Assembly (NCBI GenBank): GCA_964235945.1
Contig: CAXSDV010000003.1
Location: forward strand, 32,601 to 96,600
Origin: an uncultured Caulobacteraceae bacterium
GTDB taxonomy: Bacteria > Pseudomonadota > Alphaproteobacteria > Caulobacterales > Caulobacteraceae
DNA: 64,000 bases
Direction of reading: 5' to 3'
The notes below the pieces were generated by a model. It had not been told where the DNA came from. It worked only from the letters and a program-made list of their open reading frames with translations, and ran no database searches. Position numbers and translations under genes: made by a program. Below are positions 55,497 to 64,000 of this stretch, in pieces; within the stretch, counting starts at the first letter, position 1, and each line of letters begins with the position of its first letter.

Positions 55497-56990
55497 ATGC
55501 CGAAAACGTCCGAAGGCGGCGCCCGCCCCCGGCGCGGTCGCCGTTCGGGGTCGCCGCCCGCCGCCGGCCTGGTCCTCGCCTGCCTGCTCCACGCCCCGGC
55601 GGCGCACGCCCAGGCGGTGGACGTGGGCCTCACCACCAAGGCGGAGGCCCCCGACGGCCGCGCCCGGTTGAACGGCGGCGTGTCCCTGTCCGCGCGCCCG
55701 GCGGACGACGTGCGGACCAAGCTCGACCTGTCGGTGGGCGCGGGCGAGGCGCCGGGCGCGGTGCTGTGGCCGGGGGCCGCCCCCGCCGCGGACCGGGACT
55801 GGCGCGACCTGGGCGCGTCGCTGGAGGCCGCCTGGAGCGCCGACCCGGACGCCGTGCTGAAGGTGCAGCTCGCCGGCGGCCTGAAGAGCCAGCCCCTGGC
55901 CGTGGCCGCCGCCGGTGAGACGGGCGGGGCCTCCAACGACCGGCTGGAGCAGAGCGCGGGCGTCACCGCCGCCCTCAAGCCCGCCCGGGGCGTCGACCTG
56001 CAGTTGTCCGCCAAGGTGGACGGCGCCGACGACCAGGTCACCGTCTCCGATGCGGCCGCGCGCATGCTGGTCAAGACCCGCGCCGGCCAGGTGGAGAGCC
56101 GCCTGCGCTGGGCCGCCCGGCCGGACCTGGTGGTGGACGCGGGCGCGCGCCTGTCCTCCACCTCCGTGTTCTGGCGCGAGTCGGCCACCGCCGCGCAGGA
56201 CTACGTGGCCGTGCAGCCGGACGTGGCGGCCACCTACACCCTGCGGCCCGGCTCCACCTGGCGGGTGGACGTCACCCACGCGGTGACCCCCCTGGACGCG
56301 GCGCGCTTCGTGACGCTGGCCCGCACCGGGGGCGAGGTGGACGGCTCCACCCGGCTGGAGCCCGACCAGGAATGGCGCCTCTCGGGCGAGTGGACCCAGG
56401 CCCTGCCCGCCGACGGCCGGTTCAAGCTGGCCGTGAGCCGGGCGCGCGTGGAGAGCGCCACCGAGCTCGTGCGCCTGAGGAACGACGTGGAGGGCCCCGG
56501 CAGCGTGCCCGGCGGTCAACGCAGCCAAGTGGACCTGGCCCTCACCCTGCCGCTCAAGCCGCTGGGCCTGCGCGCCTTCGCCCTGGAGACCACGGGCTCC
56601 TGGCGCACCTCCCAGGTGCAGGACCCGCTGACGGGCGCCTATCGCCGCGCTTCGGGCGAAGCGCCCTACGAGACCCGCATCGCCCTGTCGCAGAACCTTC
56701 CCCTGCACGGGCTGAAGTGGGGGGTGGACGCCCGCGGCGTCGGCCCGCAGAGCTATTACGGCCTGTCCCAGGTCACCTCCGCCGACGCGGACCAGACGCT
56801 CGGGGCGTTCGTGGAGTACCACCCGGTCGACTTCACCCTGCGGCTGCAGCTCGACAACCTCGCCGGGGGCGAGCGCCGCTGGCAGGACGCCTATTACGCG
56901 GGCGACCGCGACCTCGGGGCCCTGTCCTCGGTGGTGCGGCGCACGGAGGGCGGCCCGAGCTTCGGCCTGTCCCTGAAGAAGCCGCTCTGA
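55497..56990 (+). CDS. Putative outer-membrane beta-barrel protein (unknown family)
   Basis: 497 aa, SD GGAGG. Signal-like LVLACLLHAPAAHAQA, a long run of alternating-polarity strands, and many Y/W-x-D turns. Ends ...FGLSLKKPL (no terminal Phe). Confidence 0.6.
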   Translation: MPKTSEGGARPRRGRRSGSPPAAGLVLACLLHAPAAHAQAVDVGLTTKAEAPDGRARLNGGVSLSARPADDVRTKLDLSVGAGEAPGAVLWPGAAPAADRDWRDLGASLEAAWSADPDAVLKVQLAGGLKSQPLAVAAAGETGGASNDRLEQSAGVTAALKPARGVDLQLSAKVDGADDQVTVSDAAARMLVKTRAGQVESRLRWAARPDLVVDAGARLSSTSVFWRESATAAQDYVAVQPDVAATYTLRPGSTWRVDVTHAVTPLDAARFVTLARTGGEVDGSTRLEPDQEWRLSGEWTQALPADGRFKLAVSRARVESATELVRLRNDVEGPGSVPGGQRSQVDLALTLPLKPLGLRAFALETTGSWRTSQVQDPLTGAYRRASGEAPYETRIALSQNLPLHGLKWGVDARGVGPQSYYGLSQVTSADADQTLGAFVEYHPVDFTLRLQLDNLAGGERRWQDAYYAGDRDLGALSSVVRRTEGGPSFGLSLKKPL

Positions 56991-57040
56991 CCGCCCTGCC
57001 CGCGCCCTCGAAGTTCGACCTGTCGACGCCCGCGGGGCGC

Positions 57041-57676
57041 GTGCGCGCTTACGCCGACTTTCTGTGGCGCGACCACGCCTACCTGCGGCTGGGCTTCCAG
57101 AACGCCCACTGGATCAGCCCGGACCTGGTGCGGATCAACCAGCCCTGGCCGTTCCAACTGCGCTGGTGGCGCGACAACGGGATCCGCACGGTGATCAACC
57201 TGCGCGGCGGCGGCTTCCAGACGAGCTTCTACGTGCTGGAGCGCGCGGCCTGCGCCAAGCTCGGGCTCAAGCTGGTGGATTTCCCCGTCTCCTCGCGCGA
57301 GGCCCCCAGCCGCGCCCAGGTGGCGGCGGCGCGCGACCTGTTCGACCGGGTGGCCTATCCGGCGGTGATGCACTGCAAGTCCGGCGCGGACCGGGCGGGG
57401 GTGATGAGCGTGCTCTACGCCCACCTCAAGCTCGGCCTGCCCCTGCGCGAGGCGTTGGCGCGCGAGCTGTCGCTGCGCACGCTGCACGTGCGCCAGGGCA
57501 AGACGGGAGTGATCGACTACGCCTTCGAGCGCTATTTCGAGGAAGGCGAGCCCAAGGGGCTGACCTTCGCCCAGTGGACGGAGACCGACGCCTACGACCC
57601 CAAGCGCATCAAGGCCGACTTCCAGGCCTCCATGTGGGGCGCGGTGCTGACCGAGCGGCTGCTCCGGCGCGAATAG
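57041..57676 (+). CDS. Protein tyrosine / dual-specificity phosphatase family protein (HCX5R)
   Basis: Part of ORF 56372..57676. INLRGGG, active site VMHCKSGADRAGV. The start is uncertain: GTG 57041, or CTG 56987 which overlaps the OMP stop (CTGA). Confidence 0.75.
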   Translation: MRAYADFLWRDHAYLRLGFQNAHWISPDLVRINQPWPFQLRWWRDNGIRTVINLRGGGFQTSFYVLERAACAKLGLKLVDFPVSSREAPSRAQVAAARDLFDRVAYPAVMHCKSGADRAGVMSVLYAHLKLGLPLREALARELSLRTLHVRQGKTGVIDYAFERYFEEGEPKGLTFAQWTETDAYDPKRIKADFQASMWGAVLTERLLRRE

Positions 57677-57680
57677 GCCC

Positions 57681-57920
57681 TCACGCCCCGGGCGCGGACG
57701 GGTCCAGCAGCCGGTGCGCGTGGACGATGACGTAGCGCATGTGGGCGTTGTCCACCGTCGCCTGGGCGCGCGACTTCCAGGCGGCGTGGGCGCTGGCGTA
57801 GTCGGGATAGGCGCCCACGAAGTCGATGCGCGACAGGTCGCGGAACTCGGTCCCGCCCACCGTCTTCAGCTCGCCGCCGAACACGAGGTGCAGGAGCTGG
57901 TGGGGGTTGGCGGCGTCCAT
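57681..57920 (-). CDS. DUF4170 domain-containing protein
   Basis: 79 aa. LHLVFGGELK...EF.DL..IDFVGAYPDYASAHAAWKSRAQATVDNAHMRYVIVHAHRLLDP is characteristic of this small alphaproteobacterial family, as recalled. Confidence 0.8.
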   Translation of the reverse strand: MDAANPHQLLHLVFGGELKTVGGTEFRDLSRIDFVGAYPDYASAHAAWKSRAQATVDNAHMRYVIVHAHRLLDPSAPGA

Positions 57921-57930
57921 GGGGGAGGGC

Positions 57931-58713
57931 TCAGGCGCGTCGGGCGGGGGATGGAGCCTCCCTAGCCGCCGTGCGCTCCAGGATCAACGGCAGGAGGGCG
58001 GGAGCGCAGGCCACCAGCCCCGGGCACAGGGCGTCCGGCGTGTTGAACCGCAGGGGCCGCCCCCCCGCGTCCGTGACCGCCGCCCCCGCCTCCGCCGCGA
58101 TCAGGGCCCCGGCCGCCAGGTCCCACTCGCGCTTGGGCGAGGCGGAGACGGCCGCGTCGAACCGGCCGTCGGCCACCAGGCAAAGGCGGTAGGCCAGGGC
58201 GTTGCGGCGCGCGACGGCCATGGCGGGCCAGGCGGGGGCGGGGAACTGGGCGGGGTCGCCCACCATGGCGCAGCCGGCGAGGGCCTCCGCGCCGTTCGCC
58301 CGCACCTGCACGCCGTTGCGGGTCGCGCCGGCGCCGGCGGCCGCGGCGTGGAGCTCGTCCAGCTCGGGCGCGAACACCACCCCCGCCACGGGCCGCCCGT
58401 GCTCCACCACCGCCAGGGACACGGCGAACCAGGGCTTGCCGCGGATGAAGGCGGTGGTGCCGTCGATGGGGTCGACCACGAAGGTGCGCGGGCGCGAGAG
58501 GCGCGCCGGATGGTCCACGCTCTCCTCCGACAGCCAGCCGTAGTCGGGTCGGGCGCCGCCCAGCCGCTCGCGCAGGAGGGCGTCCACCGCCAGGTCCGCG
58601 TCCGTGACGGGGGAGCCGTCGGCCTTGCGGCGCACGCGCACCCCCGCCCGGCGCTCCAGCATCAGGCGGCCCGCCGCGCGCGCGGCCTCCTCCAGGAGGG
58701 AAAGGTCGCTCAC
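57931..58713 (-). CDS. Inositol monophosphatase family protein (SuhB/CysQ-like)
   Basis: C-terminal 260 codons of ORF 57931..60678, starting at GTG 58713 (GTGA overlap with the pmbA stop). WLSEES, FVVDPIDGTTAF, WDLAAGALIA. Confidence 0.85.
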   Translation of the reverse strand: MSDLSLLEEAARAAGRLMLERRAGVRVRRKADGSPVTDADLAVDALLRERLGGARPDYGWLSEESVDHPARLSRPRTFVVDPIDGTTAFIRGKPWFAVSLAVVEHGRPVAGVVFAPELDELHAAAAGAGATRNGVQVRANGAEALAGCAMVGDPAQFPAPAWPAMAVARRNALAYRLCLVADGRFDAAVSASPKREWDLAAGALIAAEAGAAVTDAGGRPLRFNTPDALCPGLVACAPALLPLILERTAAREAPSPARRA

Positions 58714-60044
58714 CGCCCCGCTATGGCCAGGGCGTCGACGAGCACGGACGGGGCGTTGGTGGCGCCTCGCAGCTCCAGGTCCGAGGCGGGGACGAGGCGG
58801 GCGTAGATGTCCATCAGGTTCCCGGCCACCGTGATCTCCGTCACCGGATAGGCGGGGGCGCCCCCCTCCCACCACACGCCGGACACGCCCGCGGACCAGT
58901 CGCCCGTGTTGGGGTTGAGCGAGGGGCCGAACATGGAGGTGACCACCAGCCCCTCGCCGCCCACGTCCGCCATCAGCGCTTCGGGCGAACGGTCTCCGGC
59001 GCGCAGGGTCAGGTTGTGCGGGGCCACGCCCGGCGCCCCGGCGCCGCCGCGGCTGGCGTGGCCGGTGGTCTCCAGGCCCAGCTGGCGCGCGCTGGCGGCG
59101 TTGAGCAGCCAGGTGGTCAGCACGCCGGAGGCGATCAGGTCGCGCGGGGCGGTCTCCACCCCCTCGTCGTCGAAGGGGGCCGAGCCCAGGCCGCGCACGC
59201 GCCAGGGCTCCTCGGCGATCGTCACGCCCGGCGCGAACACCCGCTCGCCCAGCCTGTTCTTGAGGAAGGACACGCCCCGCGCCACGGACGGGCCGGCGAT
59301 CGCGCCCACCAGGGGCGAGAGCAGGGCGGTGGAGGAGCGGTTGTCGAACAGCACGGGAGCCGTGCGGCTCGTGATCTTGCGCGCGCCGAGCCGGGCGGTC
59401 GCGCGGCGTCCGGCCTCCGCGCCCAGGAGCTCGGGGGCGGGAAGGTCCGCCCGGTGGCGGGTGGAGCGGCCCTCGCCGCCGCGCTCCATGGCCGACCCCT
59501 CGCCGGCGATGGCGGAGGCCGAAGCGGAGAAGCTGGACGCCGCGTGGGCGCCCGAGAAGCCGTCGCTGGTCACCAGGCGCCAGTCGCCCGCCGACCAGGA
59601 GGCCGAGCCGCCGTCCGTGTTGGTCACGCCCGGCGCGGCCCAGGCGGCGGCGTCCGCGGCGGCGGCCAGTTCCTCCAGCGCCTGCGCGTCGGGCTCGGCG
59701 GGATCGTACAGGTCCAGGTCGCGGAACGGCCCGCGCGCCAGGCGGTCGGCGGGGGCGAAGCCGGCGTAGGGGTCCTCGGGCGCGAGCCGCGCCATGGCCA
59801 CCGCGCGCTCGACCAGCTTGGCGCGGGCGGCGGCCGACAGGTCCGTGCCCGACACCACCGCCTGGCGGCGGCCCACGAACACGCGCAGGGACAGGTCCGT
59901 CGACTCCTCGCGCTCCACCTCCTCCAGCTCGCCCTTGCGCGAGGCGACCGACAGGGAGCGGCGTCCGGCCCCCACCGCCTCCGCCGCGTCGGCTCCCGCC
60001 CGGCGGGCGGCGGAGACGACGTCGTGCAGCAGGCTCTCGTCCAT
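58710..60044 (-). CDS. pmbA: TldD/PmbA family metalloprotease
   Basis: Part of ORF 58710..60194, starting at ATG 60044. Collinear with PmbA: ...FDDEGV.T....LI..GVL...L, GHA.RG....P.V...NL....G, G.L.VT...G...N..TGD.S. Confidence 0.88.
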   Translation of the reverse strand: MDESLLHDVVSAARRAGADAAEAVGAGRRSLSVASRKGELEEVEREESTDLSLRVFVGRRQAVVSGTDLSAAARAKLVERAVAMARLAPEDPYAGFAPADRLARGPFRDLDLYDPAEPDAQALEELAAAADAAAWAAPGVTNTDGGSASWSAGDWRLVTSDGFSGAHAASSFSASASAIAGEGSAMERGGEGRSTRHRADLPAPELLGAEAGRRATARLGARKITSRTAPVLFDNRSSTALLSPLVGAIAGPSVARGVSFLKNRLGERVFAPGVTIAEEPWRVRGLGSAPFDDEGVETAPRDLIASGVLTTWLLNAASARQLGLETTGHASRGGAGAPGVAPHNLTLRAGDRSPEALMADVGGEGLVVTSMFGPSLNPNTGDWSAGVSGVWWEGGAPAYPVTEITVAGNLMDIYARLVPASDLELRGATNAPSVLVDALAIAGR

Positions 60045-60156
60045 GGAGGCGGTCCGTCCGGATTCTGGGAAGTGAAGGCGAAGCGCGGATATGGCGCGGG
60101 CGCCGCAGTGCGGCAAGGCGTTGCCGCCTCCCGTCCACGGCCGCAAGAACGCCTCC

Positions 60157-61002
60157 ATGACCGCGCGCGATCCCTTGCTCGTCCTGGGCGCCACCAGCCT
60201 GATCGGCCGCTTCCTGCCCGGCCGCGCCCAGGGCCGCCCGCTCCTGGGCGTCAGCCGCGCGGTGCGCGAGGAGCCCGGCTACGCCTGGACGCGGGCGGAC
60301 CTGGCCGACCCGGCCGCCGTCCTGCCTCGGGCGGAGGCGGCGCTCAGCCTGTCGCCGATCTGGCTCCTGCCCGCGGCCCTGCCGGCGCTGGAGCGGGCGG
60401 GGGTGCGGCGGGTGGTGGCGGTCTCCTCCACCAGCCGCTGGACCAAGGCGGCCTCCCCCCACGCCGCCGAGCGCGACACGGCGCGGCGGTTGGCGGAAGG
60501 GGAGGCGGCGCTGCAGGCGTGGGCGCAGGCGCGGGGGATCGGCTGGACGGTGCTGCGCCCGACGCTGATCTACGCCGAAGGACAGGACGGCAACGTCTCG
60601 CGGCTGGCGGCGCTGGCGCGGCGCTGGGGCGTGCTGCCGCTCTCGGGCGCGGGGGCGGGGCTGCGTCAGCCGGTCCACGCCGAGGACCTCGCGGCCGGCG
60701 TGCTGGCGGCGCTGGACGCGCCCGCCGCGGCCGGCCGCGCCTACGACCTGCCCGGGGGCGAGACGCTGAGCTACCGCGCCATGTGCGGGCGCGTGTTCGA
60801 GGGGCTGGGCCGACGCCCGCGGCTCCTCACGATTCCGCCCGCCCTCTGGCGGCTGGGGCTGTGGGCGGCCTCGCCCGTCCTGCCGGGGGCCACGGCGGCC
60901 ATGGGCGGGCGCATGTCGCAGGACCTCGTGTTCGACGCCGGACCCGCGGCGCGCGATTTCGGCTGGGCGCCGCGGGGGTTCCGGCCGCGGTTCGAGCCGT
61001 GA
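60157..61002 (+). CDS. NAD(P)-binding epimerase/dehydratase-like (atypical SDR) protein
   Basis: Part of ORF 60091..61002. ATG 60157 puts the LVLGATSLIG Rossmann motif at the N-terminus. VAVSSTS, ...TVLRPTLIY. Confidence 0.7.
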   Translation: MTARDPLLVLGATSLIGRFLPGRAQGRPLLGVSRAVREEPGYAWTRADLADPAAVLPRAEAALSLSPIWLLPAALPALERAGVRRVVAVSSTSRWTKAASPHAAERDTARRLAEGEAALQAWAQARGIGWTVLRPTLIYAEGQDGNVSRLAALARRWGVLPLSGAGAGLRQPVHAEDLAAGVLAALDAPAAAGRAYDLPGGETLSYRAMCGRVFEGLGRRPRLLTIPPALWRLGLWAASPVLPGATAAMGGRMSQDLVFDAGPAARDFGWAPRGFRPRFEP

Positions 61003-61050
61003 GGACGGGCGGCGGTGACTGGACGGTGGACGCGGAGCCCCACCGCGCCG

Positions 61051-61704
61051 TCACTCCAGCGCCCACACCCCCGTGCGCTTGACCTCGGCGTCCTCCAGCT
61101 CGCGCGTGGTGGCCACCCGGTACTCGGCCAGCGGCTCCAGGCCCTCCGTCGAGAAGTAGGTCCGCCCCGGATCGCCCACCAGCACGCGCGCGCCGCCCGC
61201 CCGGGCGCGGGCGAGCCAGGCGCGCACCCGCCCGGCCAGGGGCTGCTCGTAGGCGATGTCGCCGGCGGTGATCAGGTCGACCTCCGGCGGGTCGGCGTCC
61301 AGCAGGTCCGCATCGGTGAAGCGCAGCGCCACGCCGTTGGCGGCGGCGTTGAGCGCGCCCGCCGCCGCGCAGAACGGGTCCACGTCCGCGCACAGCACGT
61401 CGGCGGCGCCCGCGCGGGCGGCGGCGATCCCCACCAGGCCCGAGCCCGAGGCGAAGTCGAGCACGCGCCGGCCCCGCACCTCCTCCGGGTGGTCCAGCAG
61501 CCAGCGCGCCAGCGCCTGGCCGCCCGCCCAGGCGAAGGCCCAGAACGGCGGCGGCAGGCCGAACTCGCCCAGCGCCTCCTCCGTCATGCGCCAGATGGGC
61601 GTGACCTCGTCCGCCAGGTGGAGCGTGAGTTCCGGCGCGTGCGGCGGGGGCTGGAGCCGGGTGTGGGCGAGGATGAACGCGGCGCGCGCCTCCGGCCTGA
61701 TCAC
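61051..61704 (-). CDS. Class I SAM-dependent methyltransferase (PrmA/Nnt1-like)
   Basis: C-terminal 217 codons of ORF 61051..62694, starting at GTG 61704 (GTGA overlap with the ubiA stop). FWAFAWAGGQALA, RVLDFASGSGLVGIAAA, ITAGDIAY. Confidence 0.75.
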   Translation of the reverse strand: MIRPEARAAFILAHTRLQPPPHAPELTLHLADEVTPIWRMTEEALGEFGLPPPFWAFAWAGGQALARWLLDHPEEVRGRRVLDFASGSGLVGIAAARAGAADVLCADVDPFCAAAGALNAAANGVALRFTDADLLDADPPEVDLITAGDIAYEQPLAGRVRAWLARARAGGARVLVGDPGRTYFSTEGLEPLAEYRVATTRELEDAEVKRTGVWALE

Positions 61705-62651
61705 GCGGCGGCCAGGAGGCAGGCGGCGAGCAGGATCAGCCCCGCCTCCCGGTTGGAGCGGAACACCCGCAGGGCGCCCGCCGGGTCGTCCAGCCGCACC
61801 CGCGACGCCTGGCGCGCCAGGTGGCCGGCGAACAGCAGCCAGGCGAACCAGGCCGGGGCGCGGGCGTGCGCCGCCGCCAGCGCGGCCGCGGCCAGCAGCG
61901 CGGCGACGGCGTAGAACAGCGCCACCCCCCTCGGGGCCGCCCTTCCCAGCCGGCGCGCGCTGGACTTCACCCCGGCCAGGGCGTCGTCCTCCAGGTCCTG
62001 CAGGGCGTAGACGGTGTCGTAGCCCAGCGTCCACGCCACCCCCGCGGCGTAGAGCAGGAGCGCGGGCGCCTCCACCCGGCCGGTGGCGGCGGCCCAGCCC
62101 ACCAGCGCGCCCCAGTTGAAGGTCAGGCCCAGCCAGGCCTGGGGCCACCAGGTGATGCGCTTCATGAACGGGTAGGCCGCCACCAGCGCCACCGACCCCA
62201 CCCCCAGCGCGATCGCCGCCGGGCGGAGCTGCAGCAGCACGAGCAGGCCCAGCAGGCTCAGCGCCACCGCGTAGGCCAGGGCCGCCTTGCGCGACACGGC
62301 GCCGGAGGCGACGGGCCGACCGGCGGTGCGCGCCACCCGCCGGTCGATGTCGCGGTCGGCCACGTCGTTGAAGGCGCAGCCCGCCGCGCGCATCACCACC
62401 GCCCCCGCCGCGAACAGGGCGAACAAGCGCAGCAGCGCCCCCCAGCCCAGGTGCGCCTCCTCCCGCGCCAGCGCCGCCGACCACCAGCACGGCAGCAGCA
62501 GCAGCCAGGTCCCCGCCGGCCGGTCGAAGCGGCCGAGCTTGAGCCAGGGGCGCAGGGCGGCGGGGGCGCGCGCGTCCACCCAGTTGCGGGCCCCCGCGTC
62601 CGGCAGGGGGGTGTGGTCGGCGGGGGCGTCGCGGGGAGGGGCCATCGCCAC
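61701..62651 (-). CDS. ubiA: 4-hydroxybenzoate polyprenyltransferase
   Basis: 316 aa. LGRFDRPAGTWLLL.P, AFNDVADRDIDRRVARTAGRP.ASG, GYDT.YALQD.EDD are UbiA motifs. Confidence 0.9.
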   Translation of the reverse strand: MAMAPPRDAPADHTPLPDAGARNWVDARAPAALRPWLKLGRFDRPAGTWLLLLPCWWSAALAREEAHLGWGALLRLFALFAAGAVVMRAAGCAFNDVADRDIDRRVARTAGRPVASGAVSRKAALAYAVALSLLGLLVLLQLRPAAIALGVGSVALVAAYPFMKRITWWPQAWLGLTFNWGALVGWAAATGRVEAPALLLYAAGVAWTLGYDTVYALQDLEDDALAGVKSSARRLGRAAPRGVALFYAVAALLAAAALAAAHARAPAWFAWLLFAGHLARQASRVRLDDPAGALRVFRSNREAGLILLAACLLAAA

Positions 62652-62692
62652 GCCTTCTAGCCCCGGCGGGGGCGGCGGCCCATCTCCCCGCC

Positions 62693-63619
62693 ATGCCGCC
62701 CGCGTCGCCGCTTCCGATCGTCCACCACCCGCACTACCGCGCCGACATGCCGGACGGGCATCGCTTCCCCATGGACAAGTTCTCGCGCCTGGCGGCCGTG
62801 CTGGTGGAGGAGGGGATCGTGGCCCCCGGCGGCTTCCACCAACCCGAACCGGCGGACTTCGACCTGCTCTGCGGCGCCCACGACGGCGAGTACGTGCGCG
62901 CGGTGCTCGCCGCGGACGTCACCCGCGAGCAGGAGCGGCGCATCGGCCTGCCCATCACCGCGTCCGTGGCCCGGCGCGCCTGCGCGGCCACCGGGGGCAC
63001 GCTGTTGGCCGCGCGGCTGGCGCTCGCGGGGGGCCTCGCCTGCAACACGGCGGGGGGGAGCCACCACGCGGCGCGCGCCTACGGCTCGGGCTTCTGCGTG
63101 TTCAACGACGTGGCGGTGGCCGCCCGCGCGCTGCTGGACGAGGGCGCCGTGTCGCGCGTGCTGGTGGTGGACCTGGACGTGCACCAGGGCGACGGCACCG
63201 CCTTCATCTTCGAGGACGAGCCGCGGGTGACCACCTTCTCCATGCACGGGGCCAAGAACTTCCCGGTGCGCCGCGCCCGCAGCACGTTGGACGTGGACCT
63301 GCCGGACGCCACGGGGGACGGCCCCTACCTCCACGCCCTGGCCGAGCGCCTGCCGGGATTGGTGGAGAGCACGCGGCCGGACCTCGTGTTCTACAACGCC
63401 GGGGTCGACCCCCACGCGGACGACCGGCTGGGGCGGCTGGCGCTCACCGACGCGGGGCTGGCCGCGCGCGACGGCTACGTGCTGGAAGCCTGCCTCGGCC
63501 GCGGGGCCCCCGTGTGCGGGGTGATCGGCGGCGGCTACGGCGCGGACATGGACGCCCTGGCGCGCCGCCACGCCACCCTGCACCGCGCCGCCGCGGCCGC
63601 CTGGGCGCGCCACGGCTGA
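62693..63619 (+). CDS. Histone deacetylase family protein (HDAC11/AcuC-like)
   Basis: 308 aa. GGSHHA....G.GFCVFND, VVDLDVHQGDGT, FYNAGVD.H..D.LG.L. Confidence 0.88.
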   Translation: MPPASPLPIVHHPHYRADMPDGHRFPMDKFSRLAAVLVEEGIVAPGGFHQPEPADFDLLCGAHDGEYVRAVLAADVTREQERRIGLPITASVARRACAATGGTLLAARLALAGGLACNTAGGSHHAARAYGSGFCVFNDVAVAARALLDEGAVSRVLVVDLDVHQGDGTAFIFEDEPRVTTFSMHGAKNFPVRRARSTLDVDLPDATGDGPYLHALAERLPGLVESTRPDLVFYNAGVDPHADDRLGRLALTDAGLAARDGYVLEACLGRGAPVCGVIGGGYGADMDALARRHATLHRAAAAAWARHG

Positions 63620-63631
63620 GCCGCGCGGGTT

Positions 63632-63748
63632 TTACTTCGACTTGCCGGGCGGGGTGGTGAAGTCGCGGCCGACCTGCACCGCGGGCTTGGGCTTCTCCGC
63701 CTTGGGCTTGCGCACTTCCTTGTTGGACTTCTTCTGACCCTTGGCCAT
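63632..63748 (-). CDS. Small lysine-rich basic protein (38 aa), absent from the ORF track
   Basis: The reverse strand has ATG 63748 preceded by GGGAG (6-nt spacing). It encodes MAKGQKKSNKEVRKPKAEKPKPAVQVGRDFTTPPGKSK and ends in TAA. Third positions are G/C. It resembles small basic proteins common in Alphaproteobacteria. Confidence 0.5.
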   Translation of the reverse strand: MAKGQKKSNKEVRKPKAEKPKPAVQVGRDFTTPPGKSK

Positions 63749-63955
63749 GAGGCGCTCCCGTGCGGCGGCGGAACGCAATCCGTCCCGTGTGCGCCCCTGG
63801 GCGTCGAGCATGTCACGGAGGCGGGCGCGGGCCTAGCGGCGGCGTCGCTCCCGCGGGGCGCCGCGGCTGTGGACGGCCGCGCCCTCGCCCTCGACTCGCC
63901 GTCCCGCACGTGATGTTCTCCCATTGTTCAGGGTGGGTGGAGGGAGGCGCCGGGC

Positions 63956-64000
63956 ATGGCGGGCGAGTTCGACTGGGCGGGGGTGGCGTTCCGGCCGCTG
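63956..64000 (+). CDS. Possible 5' end of a CDS running off the right edge
   Basis: ATG 63956 is preceded by GGAGGGAGG (8-nt spacing). The open frame reads MAGEFDWAGVAFRPL to the window end. Too short to identify. Confidence 0.3.
   Translation, partial: MAGEFDWAGVAFRPL

Overview
This is a very GC-rich, gene-dense bacterial chromosomal segment; third codon positions are almost all G/C. It is most consistent with an alphaproteobacterium. Supporting features are a plant/alpha-type gshA, an msbA-DUF374-waaA-lpxK block, PCu(A)C, DUF4170, and several GGAAC-N16/17-CGTT EcfG-type general-stress promoter motifs. I call about 70 CDS and one tRNA-Ala(CGC). I see no rRNA, CRISPR array, IS element, transposase or integrase.

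Many long ORFs in the track are out-of-frame or antisense GC artefacts (Arg/Pro/Gly-rich). Real starts were chosen from homology-type N-termini, Shine-Dalgarno (SD) sequences, and a striking number of 4-nt GTGA/ATGA stop-start overlaps.

Layout:
- 0-17.3 kb: envelope sugar genes. These are GT2/GT4, galE, a split dTDP-rhamnose pathway with two rfbA paralogs (one with a degenerate active-site loop), gmhB, UDP-xylose synthase, and a complete mycobacterial-type decaprenylphosphoryl-arabinose module (HAD-UbiA fusion, GtrA, DprE1-like, DprE2-like).
- 17.3-22.9 kb: a receiver-only response regulator, Ku, small proteins, an OMP, tRNA-Ala, yggT and an amidase.
- 22.9-45.8 kb: the most interesting part. 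An ino1 (myo-inositol-1-phosphate synthase) operon is translationally coupled to two phosphatases, an apparently circularly permuted TIM-barrel glycosidase-like protein and a kinase-like protein. Next to it lies a large sugar-modifying locus: 2 SDRs, a Zn-ADH, Gfo/Idh/MocA, 2 GT4, 4 CgeB-type paralogs, a CmoB-like methyltransferase, a PIG-L deacetylase and a CelD-type GNAT. The locus has no Wzx/Wzy or exporter genes and is bracketed by consensus EcfG-type promoters. I propose it as a candidate undescribed stress-induced inositol-glycoside pathway with mycothiol/GPI-like enzyme logic.
- 45.8-64 kb: housekeeping genes (BASS transporter, rsmE, TMEM175-like channel, gshA, wrbA, lpxK-waaA-DUF374-msbA, OMP, phosphatases, pmbA, ubiA, HDAC-like).

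All functional calls rest on my reading of the translated sequences and recalled family motifs. No database search was run.
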